Positions 23,583 to 36,953 of a stretch of DNA of 64,000 nucleotides are shown piece by piece. Each line of letters opens with the position of its first letter. Position 1 is the first letter of the stretch. This stretch comes from Octopus bimaculoides (Eukaryota), in NCBI RefSeq assembly GCF_001194135.2, contig NC_068986.1:90743444-90807443 (forward strand). The letters are read 5' to 3'. The notes under the pieces were generated by a model. The model saw only the letters and a program-made list of their open reading frames with translations. It did not search any database and had not been told where the DNA came from. The position numbers and the translations under genes are program-made.

Positions 23583-26500
23583 CAACTTCTGTCCTATGAT
23601 TTGCCCTTCAAATTGTCCTATCTTTCTTGAGCTTCCACTCAATTTTCTTCAAAAGGGACAAAATCCTTTGTGACCTAGTCAGGAGTTCATGTCACAACTA
23701 ACCCAGAACCTCCATTTGTTTTTACCCCTGATATTATATTTGACCTGTTCGTCACACCAGACATTTATGCATGTCATTTATTCCTGTTAACATACTTAAT
23801 AATTCCTGCTAGCCTGCTAATTACAAAACACTTCTCCAAAGTGATTATTTTACTTCTATTAGAAATAGGAGGTTTAATAATCCTATTATATTTTGTGATA
23901 AATTCCTATCTAAGGAAATTACAATATCCTTCCTCTTTGTTTTCATCTATTGATATCATCCAACATTTGTTTTTTTATGCTGGCATGGGTTGGACAGTTT
24001 GACAGGCTCCAGCAAACTGCGTACTAGCATCAGAATCCAGTGTCAGCTCCAGTACAGTTTCTATGGTTGGGATGTCCTTTTTAGTGCCAACCACTTTAGG
24101 GGGGGGGGGTTGTATTACTGGTACTAGCGAGGTCACTCAGTAACTTGCAAGACAAGAAAACAAGACAAAAGGAAAAAGTCTGCTTGACTAAGTATGAGGT
24201 GGGACTATTTGATGGTGGGGAAATTGAGCAGTTAAAGTATGACAGAGAAGATACATGGCTACCTAGCATTATATAAGGGTGGCAGTAAATGAATATAACC
24301 TTACATATTTTACCTAACTTCTCACCTGCATTGCTCAAAAAGTTTTTTTTTTTTCCATTTATGAACTGCAATGCTTCAAACAAATTACAATACACCATAG
24401 TATGCCCTCTCTGCAATTCTTTGTATAGAGGTAAATCTAGCCATCATGTGGGTGATTGCTTCATAGAATGTCTTAATTGATGCACTGAGAAGCCTCAGAT
24501 CCATTACTCATCACCAACTTACTTGACCAATTCTCCATCAGCTGTGAACTAACACTGCAGTGAAGAATTCAACATAGGGAACAACTTTCTTGTAACCCAC
24601 TAACAATCTCCTGCACAGTAAGTATAAATATCCACCTCACTTTTATGATTGCTTTTTCACATGGCCTACCCCTATTTTCTTTTTTAGTATTTTCACCTCT
24701 AAACCTGTGTGGATGATTGCATATTTGTTGATACGTGTTTGTCACTATTATTCTGCATTTGTAGTTATTTGTTTTAATGCATCTGTCTTCATAATTGTTA
24801 TCTTTGTTTGCACTGAATTTGCCACTATGTCAGTCAAACTAGTTTTAAAACACAAATTCCAATTGCCCTCTATTTTCTGAGCTTTTTTTTTTTTCTAGTT
24901 TTGAAGAGCAAAAAACCAAAATAAGATTTTCTGCTTCTCACAGAATTTTAACTTATTCAAAAGTCTATAAACTCTACTCATTATGAAAATTGCCACTAGA
25001 TATATAGAATGACATTAAAATAATACAATCACCTCAACCTTCTGTATTAGTGGTATTTATTTCACTGACCTTGTAAAGATAAAAAAGTAAGATGAAAAAA
25101 TCTCATCTGAAATTCAATTGTTGCACAATAATCATGCATTTTACAACTGTTAACTTTGAGGTGATGTGAACCGCCATAGCAAACAATCAACCAACCCATA
25201 CTCTTAAGTCTCCACCATAAAACATGTTGGAATTAGTTGGACGGTTTGACAAGGATCCAATGAATCAAGAACTGCATCATGCTCCAATGTTTGCTTTGGT
25301 ATGGCTTCTCTGACTGGAAGCCCTTCTTAATGCCAACCACTCTACAATGTATAGCAAATGCTTTTTAACATCCCACTAGCACTATTGAGGTCACCATGTA
25401 GCTTGGAAATCAACAAACCCAAGGAGGTCCTGTATACTAGACAGGGGTTAAGGCATAAGGGGGTTGGAATAGAACAGGTTTTTGTTGTAGAGTAGCTACA
25501 TGGCTACTCACATTGAGTAGCCATGTAGTGAGTATAAGTAAGAGGTATCTCCAAGGAGATAGACAATAGTAATTAAGTGTCTGGGTGACACCCCACATAG
25601 CAAAAGCAGTAGCAGACGGCAGGGAGAACCCCTAACTGTAATCAGTTTGAAATTTCCTCATTACAAGTCAAATCATCCAATTTTAGGATTTGCAAATAGA
25701 AGCACAATTTATCACCACAAGGTTTCACAAAGCAATGGTCTACATATATAGTTTGTTCATTGGAGCTTGACATAAACAAACAAACAATTCTCTGACATGT
25801 TAGGTTATCTCAAGAATTGCTGCAAGTTGAAAACAGAACTTGCCAGATGCATTTAACCATCAGAACTGAAATGATTAATGCAGAACTACTGAGCGCAGAA
25901 AAGTTGGGTGATTGCAAGTCATAGTTACAGTATAGAATGAGATATCTGTGGGAAGAAAGTACATTAGAGAATAAAATTTTTGAAAGAACTGATTCTGCAA
26001 ATACTCCAAACAAATGGACAACTCAGAAATCTACTCTGAAGTAGAAGTGAGGCTATTTAGTTAAAGTACATTACATTAGGAACATCATTCTACTTGTCTC
26101 CTGTTGCAACTAATGTCAATACTTGTATAGCCAACCCATGTCAAATAAAATGTTACTTGCAGCTGGAAAATTTAGCAGCCTATAGACACAGATATATTTA
26201 AGAAATACCATCTTGTTATAATTACTTCTTTGTTGGAGTGAAGACTATCAGTTTTCAGATTTAATATTTTGTTACCAACAACAATCCTTATTTATTAAAT
26301 GTCAGCTATTCTAATAAACCTTACCATTTTTACATTTACCCAACATAAGTAATTGAGAATGATAAATATTACTGAAAGTTGAAGAAATTAGATATCAACA
26401 GAAAAGACTATGTTGCATTAAATTTTGTTATAATGACCAACTTAATAACACAAGATTTACCATTTTTTTTTTGTTTAATGGGTAAGGGAGATGAATCAAA

Positions 26501-27454
26501 AACTTTCCAACAGATGTCACTGCAATATCAGTATGAAGACATAGGCTTTATACACTCTTAAACTATTAAGTTTAGTAAACTAAATCAAGGATAACACAAA
26601 CATAAAATATGAGTTAGTTAGGAATCTTTAAATTTATGACAACACAGTGTAAAAATATGGAACCAATATTTCTATAATTAAAATATTTTCAACCACCGAT
26701 ATCACTTGTGATATGAAAAATTGAACAGATTCCATGATAAGCTAAAATCCTGGTGTTCAGACAGTGCCAATGGCAATCAAGTTCAATAGTCAAGTCTATT
26801 AAACTTTAAAGAGAGTCTCTTCATGGTTGATCAGCATGCAAGAAATAGCAACTAAACCTCCCTCAAATCAAACACTACTGTCTTAAGACAAAAAAAAGAG
26901 CACCATGGATAATATATCCTAGATATCCCCAGAATGCTTTTGATTATAGGCATAATCGTCAGAGTTGACCTGGGGATGTAAACAATAACACCAGTGATTC
27001 ACAGCTGGTGTTATGAAGCTGCCTTTAAAAATTGAAGTATTTCAAAACCCCAACAGAGGAGGTAGAAAAGGCAATCAAGAGGAGGGATGGGAAAACGATA
27101 AAGAAAACAGAAGTAAATTTATGGCCCATTCCAACCCTACAGCTAAAATGAAAACAAAAAGCACACAGGTACCCCAAAATCCCCAGTCCAAACCATTCCG
27201 CAACCAGCTATATATAAACTATACTGCAATAGTGACAAACAATAAGACACTACTGCAGAACATATTGCAATAATTTCCATTACAGGATAAATTATATTTT
27301 AAAATGTCAATTTAAAAACAACATAAGCCTTCTGAGTAAGGATTTCTCCTCTCAAATTTACGAGGGCATAGTCAATGATAACAAGCAAGCCCTGAAAGTA
27401 AAGGAATGAGATGGACGTATGACCCCATCTCAACCCGTAAGTACAACCTTTTAT

Positions 27455-29807
27455 GGATACACTAAATGTAGGGTGCTTGAATGTGCACAGCCCGTGGCCA
27501 AATTGGTAACAAGGTTGTTTCATTAATGACTTCAGGTCACATAGTATGGCTATCATAGTTGCCACAGAGTCCAAACTGAGCAGTCAGAGAGACTTTCTTC
27601 CCTTCTAAACAGCTACGAGGTATTTATTCCATCGTACTTACCTGGAGGAGGAAGAAGTGTTGCTGTGCTGCTCAGGAAAAGTTTGGATTTAGAGACAAAA
27701 ACAATTCGCCCTACTTTTCAGAAGAGGCGGCAGGCCAGAGTGTAGAAGGGACTTCCACATCTCTCTGGGCAGATCACGGCTGCGGAGCTGGAGGAGGCTC
27801 TGTTGAACTACAGCGGCGGACAAGTCGCCAGGACAAGATGGTCTCCCTAAGAACTTTATTACAGTATGCCAGGCTTGTTTGGGCACCTACTGGCACGCAA
27901 CTTCACTAACTGGCAGCAGAATGGGTTTATTCGCAGGTCTGTGAGCAAGGTGGTGACACTGCTTAAAAAGGACCCAAACAAAGGTGATATGATTTCTTGC
28001 CCATAACTCAGCTTAATGCAGAGTTGAAGGTTTTGGCCAAAGTATTAGCAAAAAGGTTGGTGTGTGTCATTGGTAGCCTCATCGGGGAGGCAGAAACTTG
28101 TGCCATTCCTGGCAGAGCCATATACAGCAATCTCCATCTTACAAGCTATACTCCAGAGAGGGTTAACAGGATTCCTGACAAGTATGAGGCTCTGGTCCAT
28201 TTAGACAAGTCTAAAACTGATGACAGGGTTGACCATCGGTATCTGGTGTCGGTCCTCATGGCCCAGTCTTCCACAGGTGGAGCATTGCTTTATACAGCAA
28301 TATGGACTCGATCATTCAGGTGAATGGTTTCTTCTCGAAACTGTTCAAGATCAAGTGCTCGGTTCATCAAGAGTATCCCCTCCCTCCACTTCTGTATGTG
28401 TTGGCTCTGGCGGTTTTCCTATGGAAGTTGAAGGGCTTGAGGGACATCCCATGTGGTCTTGGTTGCGGAAGGATGGTTACGCCATAAACATATCACCATC
28501 ATCGTGTCCAAGGTGAAACATCCATAGAGGGTAGGTGAGGCCATTAAGGACTACAAGGTGGTGGCAGGAGCAAAAGTTAACCAGGATAAGTCAGTCAGCA
28601 TGCAACTTGGCACCTGGAGAGGCAAGTCGATACCTCCTAACAATGTCATAGGGCATTGGATGGAGGGTCTGGTTAAAATGCTAGGGGTTTGATTTGGTCC
28701 AGACCTCCATATAGAGAAACGGGGTGAGATGATGAGCTGAGTGGCCCACGTAACTCAGACCAGGTCTGAGTGATGGCTATCTCTGAAAGGGAGGGCAGGG
28801 GTCACAAATGTGTTCATTGTATCTGATTATCTACCACCTAACTGTCGTGCCTTGCCCCCTTTCATGGCTGAACAAGTTGGAGCATCTGCTCTTTTGCTTC
28901 TTGTGGAAGAGCAAAGTTCCTCTTGTAAAGCGCTCTGTCTGCTACCAACACCCACTAAAGGGTGAGCTAAGGATGCCTTGACATGTGCTGAACAGGTGTG
29001 GTCTCCATTTGTTATTGTTACTTCCTGGGTTTACTAATTTTGATGAACTAGAACCATGGATCAAGCACAGACCAAAGTTGGGAGTCTGGCAAGTAGTGTT
29101 GTCAGGTATGCTCACTTCTCTCTCGAATGGGTAAGGCCAGCAGCAAGGGTTCCACCTCGTCATTTTATAGAGGGTTGGTCGAGGCGAAGTATGACAACAA
29201 CCTGGGTGAGACTGGGCTTTGATGACAGTCAACCAGCAGGCCTGTTCCAAAGGACATTCAGGCCAGGACCCTTGAATAACTTCCAAGGATCTCTGGCAAT
29301 GTTACTGAGGAGCCTTACCAGTTTGTCAAACTCGCAAGGCATGGTGCTTCTTGTTCACTCATGTGCCCAAGATGCAAGGACAGTAATTGTGCAATGCCCC
29401 AAAATTTCAGAAATGTGCGTTTTTGTTTAACTGCAATAATGGCTGGTAAGAGTACACTTGTCTTCAGAGTCTATTTTAAATGTTGTTTCTTCCTCTTTTA
29501 ACAAAGCAGATAAGGCTCATTTTCTTAGTGGTTGCTATAGCGAAAGAGGCTGTATGGAAGACTCACATGAAAGGAATCATGACAGGCATCTTTATCTCCA
29601 GTCTTGCTCTAGTAAAATCGTTATTTTCCACCTTAAGAGGAAAATAAGGCTTGAGAGAAAATACCCATCACCTGATATATACGGGAAAAGATGGAAGGCC
29701 ATTGTGAACATGAGAATGAATCCTCTCTCTATCCATTCCCCCACTCTTTGCTTTTCTCTCTCCCTTCTTCCAAAAAGGGACAAAAAACGATATTCTCTTC
29801 TAAACAA

Positions 29808-29846
<39 letters not shown>
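27455..29846 (+). mobile_element. Internally deleted, decayed ORF2 of a Tx1/L1-clade LINE with poly(A) tail
   Basis: APE start LNVGCLNV..IIVATESKL..VAVLLRKSL; jump near 27705 to ITAAELEEAL, PGQDGLP, LNAELKVLAKVLAKRL..TCAIPGR; C-terminal FHLKRKIRLER..KRW; pyrimidine-rich 3' UTR; A-run 29810-29846. Confidence 0.85.
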
Positions 29847-29848
<2 letters not shown>

Positions 29849-32079
29849 CCTTTCATATATATGAACAAAATGTTCTGCTTTTATCATTTTGATTTTGTCT
29901 TGACAAGTTTGAAAAATGAACTAAAGCACTAATAAAGAATTATCCAAAATTCTGATTGCCTCCTTTTTCTCAATATACAATATCTGTACACCACTTCAAA
30001 CACACTATATATACACACACATATATATTAGAAGATTCAAAACAGCATAAACAACATTTGGAAAGTCAGAAACTGATGTCAGCAGAATAGCAGTATAGAT
30101 ATCATAAACTGGTTTCCAAGAGTAACAATAACATACATACGTATAGATTTACTCAACATGGCTGGCAATTTTTATTCCTCTGTATCCCAAACTTTACTAT
30201 GCAGTATCCTCAATGTTTTTTCAACAACAGACGATAGCAACACTGATATAATATGGTTTACCAAGAAGACTGTTCATTGAGGATAGCCTTGGTCAAAAAA
30301 GGTAGACCTAACAGGTCCCTTCAAAATAAATATGAAGTCATATGACAGAAGACATCTTACCCTTAACTTATTTCAGTCATCAGAATGCAGCCGTGCTCAG
30401 GCATTACTTTGAAGAGATTTTAGTCAAACAAATCAGCCTGCCTGGTGCTTATTGTATCAGTCTCTTTCGCCAATCTTAAGTTACGGGGACATAAACCAAC
30501 AGCTTGTCAAACAGTGGTAGGAGACAAACAAAGACACAAACACACACAAGTTTAGTTTGATTAAATTTCTATTACAAGAGAATACTTTGGTACGAGGTGA
30601 TATATTAAGAAAGAGTATAGTTAATTGAATATTTTCTTGTACAATATTGCTATTTATTTAATTGACTCAATGAGATTTGAATTCAGAGTATGGTTGATTT
30701 GCAAAAGTAGCATCCTGCTGAATTAAACCTGATATCTAGTGTTATCTTTCTAATCTAAAAACATTATAAATCCCACATTATTCAAAAATAGAAGTGCAGA
30801 TAAGTTGAGATTCAACTTTGGTGTAAATGAGTAGGAAAAAATAAGAGAGAAATGAGGTTGTGAGTTATTCCTACTTTCCTCAAGTTTTCCAGAAACTGAA
30901 TCAAAATTAGCCAAAGAATGGAAAAAAAAAAATTATCAGACCAACTTCAAAAAGGAATAAAAAATGTTTGACCTTTAAAACTCAAATATTTTATCTGAGA
31001 ATAGAGAAACATAGCACATAAATACAGCAGTATAATTTACTATGCATGGTACTATAATATAAATACATCACATTGTATTTATACACCCATTTCTATATCA
31101 GAGCCCAATCTGTAGAGGCTTACACAAGAAAGTAAATGGTTATAATTTTTTTCTCATAAAGCTGGTTCCGACCTTGCTTTATCTTACTAGATGACAGCCA
31201 TCAAATGGATACACAGTTCCTAAGTATTTCGCTTGCAAGACAAGTGCCTTCAAACAATTCATTTGCTCCAATTGTTTTAAAATACCTAGATTAACAAAAA
31301 TTTAAAAAATACCAGTATGGCAATCTATTGTGGGGTTTTGCCCATGAAGTTAGATCTCAGGACTGCAAATAAACAAAAAAAAAATTCTCCCACTATCTAC
31401 AATAGAACACTAACCATCATTAATTGTTTTACAATGAAAAATTGGAACAGAGATTAAGGTATAGTATCAATGTTCTGTATTTGTTTCACTATTAACTAAC
31501 AGTTAATGCACTGAAGATTTTGAAATGAGCATTTAGGGATAATATCAAATAATCATAATGGTTTGATCACAGATGCAAAATAACTTAACACAGCTTCAAC
31601 TCAAATCCCCTGCTAAGAAACAAGTGGAAGAAATGTGATTGTATATGAAACTGCAACTTTCCATCATTAACAATACCAGTAAAGAATCGTAGACAAAATG
31701 GTTTCAAGAGAATTTTGATTGAATGCATGAGGTATCGATGTATTCCCTTAACTGAAAGTTGGCTAGCTGGTTACTTTGAGATCTCATAATTTTGACCTAG
31801 TTCCCAGCTGAATCAGTCTAAGAATTGGAAAATATATTCAAAACGAGCAAGTCAAAACCAAGAATCAAGAGGGATTAAAGTAAACTTAGTAAAACTCTTG
31901 TCAGGAAAGGAAGAACTGCCATTTAAGAAATGCCCATGCTCAATATGCAAAAAAGATGTAAGTTGGAATTTTATACTATGTACCCAATGAAAACTATGGT
32001 TATATGAGAGAGCCACTGTGTATAAGAGGTATCAACCATGTGCAAAAGAGAAGTCTAGAGTGGTATAAACACCCGATGC

Positions 32080-33010
32080 TTATGAAAGACAGTGGATAAA
32101 CAAGTATAAAGCTATTAATGGAATAGGAATAAGCAGAAAAGAAAGATTTGGGAAGAAGTCGAGAAAACTAATCTCAATGTGCAACATAAAATAAATGAGG
32201 ATGGAACTGCAACAAATGGTATGATGCTGAGCTGGAAAAGATTTTTCCACCTCATATAAGCATAGAAAAATGGATGTAAACAACAAACAACATCTATTGG
32301 AGAACAATCTAGCAGAGTATAGTTTTGAGAATGGCTGTAAATAACATTGGCTTTGACACAAGCTCATACAGAGACAATCTCACTTTCACATGCCAAGTTT
32401 TGATTTTTTTTTTTTTCCTTGAGAAATTGCTAGAAACTCATTCCATTTCTCAAAACCACTTTGAATATTGAAGCATAATGGAGGAAATAACAGTTCTTAA
32501 ATACAAACGTCATTTCGCCACATCAAAGTTGTGAAGGTTTCACATAATTTAACTTAATTCTGAAAATAACACATTAGAAAACTGAAAAACTGGTGGTAAT
32601 TGTAATTTTTACATACAGAAGTAAGACACGGGTAACAAATACAAATTGGTAAAGGGTCATGGTGAACACTTTTCACACAAGAAACTTGAGGAAAATATAT
32701 CAGATATCTTATAACAACCACATTTCCAAGGATACATTGTACCAAATGACTGACAAAAAGCAAATGAATACAAGGATAAAGGAATGCCAGTTGAGATGAA
32801 GAGGTCACCAACTGCAACACCCACCCAATGAATGCTATCAACAGTACCTATTGCTTAAGACCCTACAAGGTGGAGAGCATGAGAGGAAACAACTAAGAAC
32901 AACATACCACCATACAATTCATGCAGACTGTAGGATGTCACTCAATGAAATATATCTAGCAGCTGAAGATGGAAATGAGTGGAAAACCTTAATAAACTAT
33001 GTCTGCCAAT
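32080..33010 (+). mobile_element. Decayed RTE-like LINE 3' portion
   Basis: End translates as ..EIYLAAEDGNEWKTLI, resembling RTE ..A.DR..WR.LV termini; heavily broken. Confidence 0.4.
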
Positions 33011-33559
33011 GATTAACGATCCCCTTTTATTCATATTTCTTTACTTCCTCCCCTTCAATCTTCTGTCATTTGTATTCTGTGTAAGGTAGATATATTAATG
33101 TAAATATCTATATATTTATACTTAAATATTCATTGTCTGAAAGTCTCTTTCTTTGCTTTCTCTCATTTTTTTCATATATACATATTTTGTATTTCATACC
33201 CAAGCTGTTATATTTAAAATATCTATCTGCCTAACTGCAAGGACACACACTTTCAGCATTGCTACAAAAACTCACCTATCAGAAGGTGGCAGCTAGAAAG
33301 TAGGAGAAAGGACAATTTTATGTGATGCATATGCTAAAAACATATTGGTAGCCTACTCCCTAGATAGTCCTGGTCCCTTAAGAAATCAAATAAATCAAGC
33401 CTATCAATGTTTTTAAATGGCAAAGTTATCAATTCAAGTCTAAGTTAAGCCTAAAGAATTATAAAGAGAATACACAATACCTATATACTCTTTAATTAAT
33501 AGACTCTCACCCTACTGCTTGGTTCCCTAGACCTTTCAGAGGATAGGTGCCAAATCTTT

Positions 33560-34290
33560 ATATGACCACCACTCTGGCAACAAGTGGTTGCTGCAAGTCA
33601 TTTCTCCAAGGTCCAGCTATTGAGTAATGAAGCAATGTATGTAAGTCATCTATTCAGCAACAATTGTATAACAAGGACTTTAGGGTCTCAAGCTGGGAGA
33701 CAGTTTGTGCATTTTTCTTCATGACGGATTCCAGGATCACAAACACTCACCCATGAGATGACAGGCATTATTCTGAGTCAAAATTGATTTATTACAAAAA
33801 AAAAAAAAAGTACTCCATGCCAAGTATTGAAATTCTGGAATAGGAGGGAAACAACAATGATGGCAGACACCTATTACCAGTGTGGAAAGATGAAAAGCAA
33901 CCACTAAGTGTTTTTTAAGATTTCCATATACTACACAGAATGGCAATAATGGAATTGTGCAGGAAGGTACCAACTCCAGGCACTAAACACTGAAGAATGG
34001 AGTCTCCCTCCATCTCAAATATTAAACAGATTGCTGAAAAGTACAGGGTGAGAGCTGTGTAAATTCTGGCTCTACTAACATCTAGAGAAGTGGAAGATGC
34101 AGATCCTCTCTGACAGGTGATGGACAATTCAGTTTTGCAGTGTGGAGTCCACCATGTATTTTTTAAACTTATCCCCCGTGTCATGTATGGGTTAACTCAT
34201 AACCTGGCAATATTTGTATCCAGAGTAAGCTGGAGTTGGTCACAACTAAAATCGAGAAGTGATCACAAAGTACACACTGCTTAGTGACTG
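33560..34290 (-). mobile_element. Decayed CR1/L2-like RT fragment
   Basis: CQRGSASSTSLDV..IYTALTL resembles the PQGSVLGPLLF.IY RT motif; degenerate. Confidence 0.35.
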
Positions 34291-36129
34291 GGCTTTTCAG
34301 AGTAAAAAAAAGTCAAAAAATGTGAACTAAACAAATTCACTGTCAGGTGTTAAGTTGGTCATGCACCTAAGCAAAAACCTTAGGATTAGATAAATTGACA
34401 GCTGTGAAGGAACTAGACAACAATACAGGTATTTAAAAGATTAGGAAGAACAAAGATGTGGAACAAGGAATAAAAATACGGAACATGAAAGCATCACTTG
34501 TGGCCAGTTATGAGCAGAACCTTGTATTGTCAATCACTGGCATTAAGAACTCTCAAAAAGCTTCATAATTTGAGAAGCAAAACTTCTCCAGGTTAGCTGC
34601 CAGTAAATCAATGAAGTCTTTCTTACTCATCTACTTATCTAATACCTAGACAAATCTCAGATTAAGATGGGAGACAAAATTTTTGTGCCAAACTAACATA
34701 CACTACAGGGTTCAAGATCAACTATCTGCAATATGTTTGTCACTAAAGAACTACTTTAACATAATATTGATAAGTATGACAAAACTTGAACTCCAAATAT
34801 GCAACAGAGGTGACACAATAACTGTCAAGTACAAAAGATAAATGTAGCAGCATAACCCAAGATGTGAAAGGCTTAAGTGAAATGCAGATTACATGCCAAA
34901 CTTCAGCCATCTCTGCATTTTACTAACTTCTGCAAGTTTAAAACTCTAAACACCTAAATTGCATTCACTCTCCCATTGGTCAAAAGGCCCCAATGAGCTC
35001 CAGCTAACACTACCTTTGTTTCTAGTACAATTAAAGAAGCCATTTAAAATGACATTTAGATAGTTAACAAGCATAAAAACCAGAATTTACATGAACTTAA
35101 GAGAAAACAGATTAATTTTTATTTATTTTTTTAAAGAAAACATTTTGGCATTTTTAAATGTCAAAAGATATAATTTCAGTAGCTGGAACTACAGATTACC
35201 AAGTATGAATTATCTGCAGTGTAACTTTTAAAAGTACTCACAAAAGACACCACAGAGAATATAGCATTTTAAATTAAAGTTTATATATTTAATCTAGTGA
35301 TACAAATTTTAGTTTGTATGTTTACTGAAATTTTTTTTTTTTTTCCAGTTTTAAATATAAAATAATAGATGTTTTCAGATACTGAAGTCAAACGGGGTCA
35401 AAAGATGCAAGTAGTAAGTCTTTACATCCACTTCAACAAAAACAGTTTGCTTTTTTTTTCTACTAATCAAATCAAATTTTAAACCTACCCGCTTTTCTCT
35501 GTCTCATATGAATGTGTATTATATTTAACCCTCAGATTTGTTTTTGCACAATTCTTTCAGAGCTACCTCCTCTGCTCAGGCAATAATTTCATATGAAACC
35601 TCAATTTTTGTTTTACCATTTGAAATTTAGACTTGAAGAAAAAACAAATACTGAGTTACAATTGGTCTCCCATTAAAACATTTTAATCTATAAGAAACTT
35701 AACTAGATCAAAATGATAAGTTACATGTGTCTGTATATGCACAAGTGTATACATGTATGCATAAAGAGATTCTGTGGGGGGGGGGGATGTTTTTAAAATA
35801 AGCCCAAATTGACAAAATTTGGTAGAACACATAATTCAGATTTTATATATATATATATATGCACCAGCATGACCGCAGCCACTTGGCTGAAACACATAAA
35901 TAAATAAATAAATATATATATATATAACAGAAGCCAAGATAACACCCCTGTTTGCCGTCGGTTTATACTGAAACTATTCTTCAGTATGTATTATACAGTC
36001 CCTTTAACTAGGTACATCTCCTTCATTGTACTGTTCTTCATGTGAAAAGCTGCTCAATGTGTGAATTTGCTGTTCTCTGTGCTGAGAATACCGTTCTATT
36101 AATCATGCCTCATAAATAGCGCTGGTGCC

Positions 36130-36953
36130 AGTGCTAAATAAAAAGTACCCTATACACTCTGTAAAATGGTTGGTGTTAGAAAGGGCATCCATCTGTAGAA
36201 ACCAAGCCAAAACACACAATTGGAGCCTGGTGCAGCTCTCTGCCTGGCCTGCTCTAATCAAAACTGTCCAACCCATGCCAGCATGGAAAACGGACGTTAA
36301 ATGATGATGATGATGATTTATTGTAGACGTGGATGCTTCATCTCATGTTAGTGATGCTGCTTTTATGTAAAAGATTGTGTCATATAGGCGGCGACTCCTC
36401 TATATGTGGGATCATTGGGGACTGTGTTCTATAAAGAACTGGTTTTTGTACTATACATTATATTTCACAGGCAAGCGAAAGCGAAATCGTGATGGAACCT
36501 GTGCCCAGCGTCGCCTTCCTGGCACTTGTGCCGGTGGCACATGTAAAGACATTCGAGCAAGATCATTGCCAGTGCCGCTGGACTGNNNNNNNNNNTGTAA
36601 AGACATTCGAGCAAGATCATTGCCAGTGCCGCTGGACTGGCTCCTGTGAAGGTGGCACGTAAAATACACCATTTTGAGCGTGGCTGTTGCCAGTACTGTC
36701 TGACTGGCCTTCGTGCTGGTGGCACATAAAAGCACCCACTACACTCTCAGAGTGGTTGGCGTTAGGAAGGGCATCCAGCTGTAGAAACTCTGCCAAATCA
36801 GATTCGAGCCTGGTGTAGCCATCTGGTTCACCAGTCCTCAGTCAAATCGTCCAACCCATGCTAGCATGGGTTGGACGATTTGACTGAGGACTGGTGAACC
36901 AGATGGCTACACCAGGCTCGAATCTGATTTGGCAGAGTTTCTACAGCTGGATG
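36130..36953. mobile_element. SINE family C (3' module ending in CAT/GAT repeats) cluster with a terminal palindrome
   Basis: GGTTGGCGTTAGGAAGGGCATCCAGCTGTAGAAAC..CCAACCCATGC(C/T)AGCATGGAAA.CGGACGTTAAATGATGATG. Related copies at ~16300-16460, 23975-24095, 25210-25390, 49990-50180, 53600-53735, 57440-57570, 58640-58750 and 61695-62260. Confidence 0.85.

Noticed and set aside
27637-27647. TACTTACCTGG resembling the U1 snRNA 5' end
   Set aside because: Only 11 nt, lies in-frame within the Tx1-like endonuclease region, and no further U1 sequence follows.
35379-35413. Possible 35-nt plus-strand exon (DTEVKRGQKMQV) with ttttcag and gtaagt
   Set aside because: No compatible neighbouring exons found; such short matches arise by chance in AT-rich DNA.
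36540-36640. Direct duplication around a 10-N gap (similar at 43960-44050 and 6300-6400)
   Set aside because: Identical flanks around fixed-size gaps indicate scaffolding overlap artefacts.
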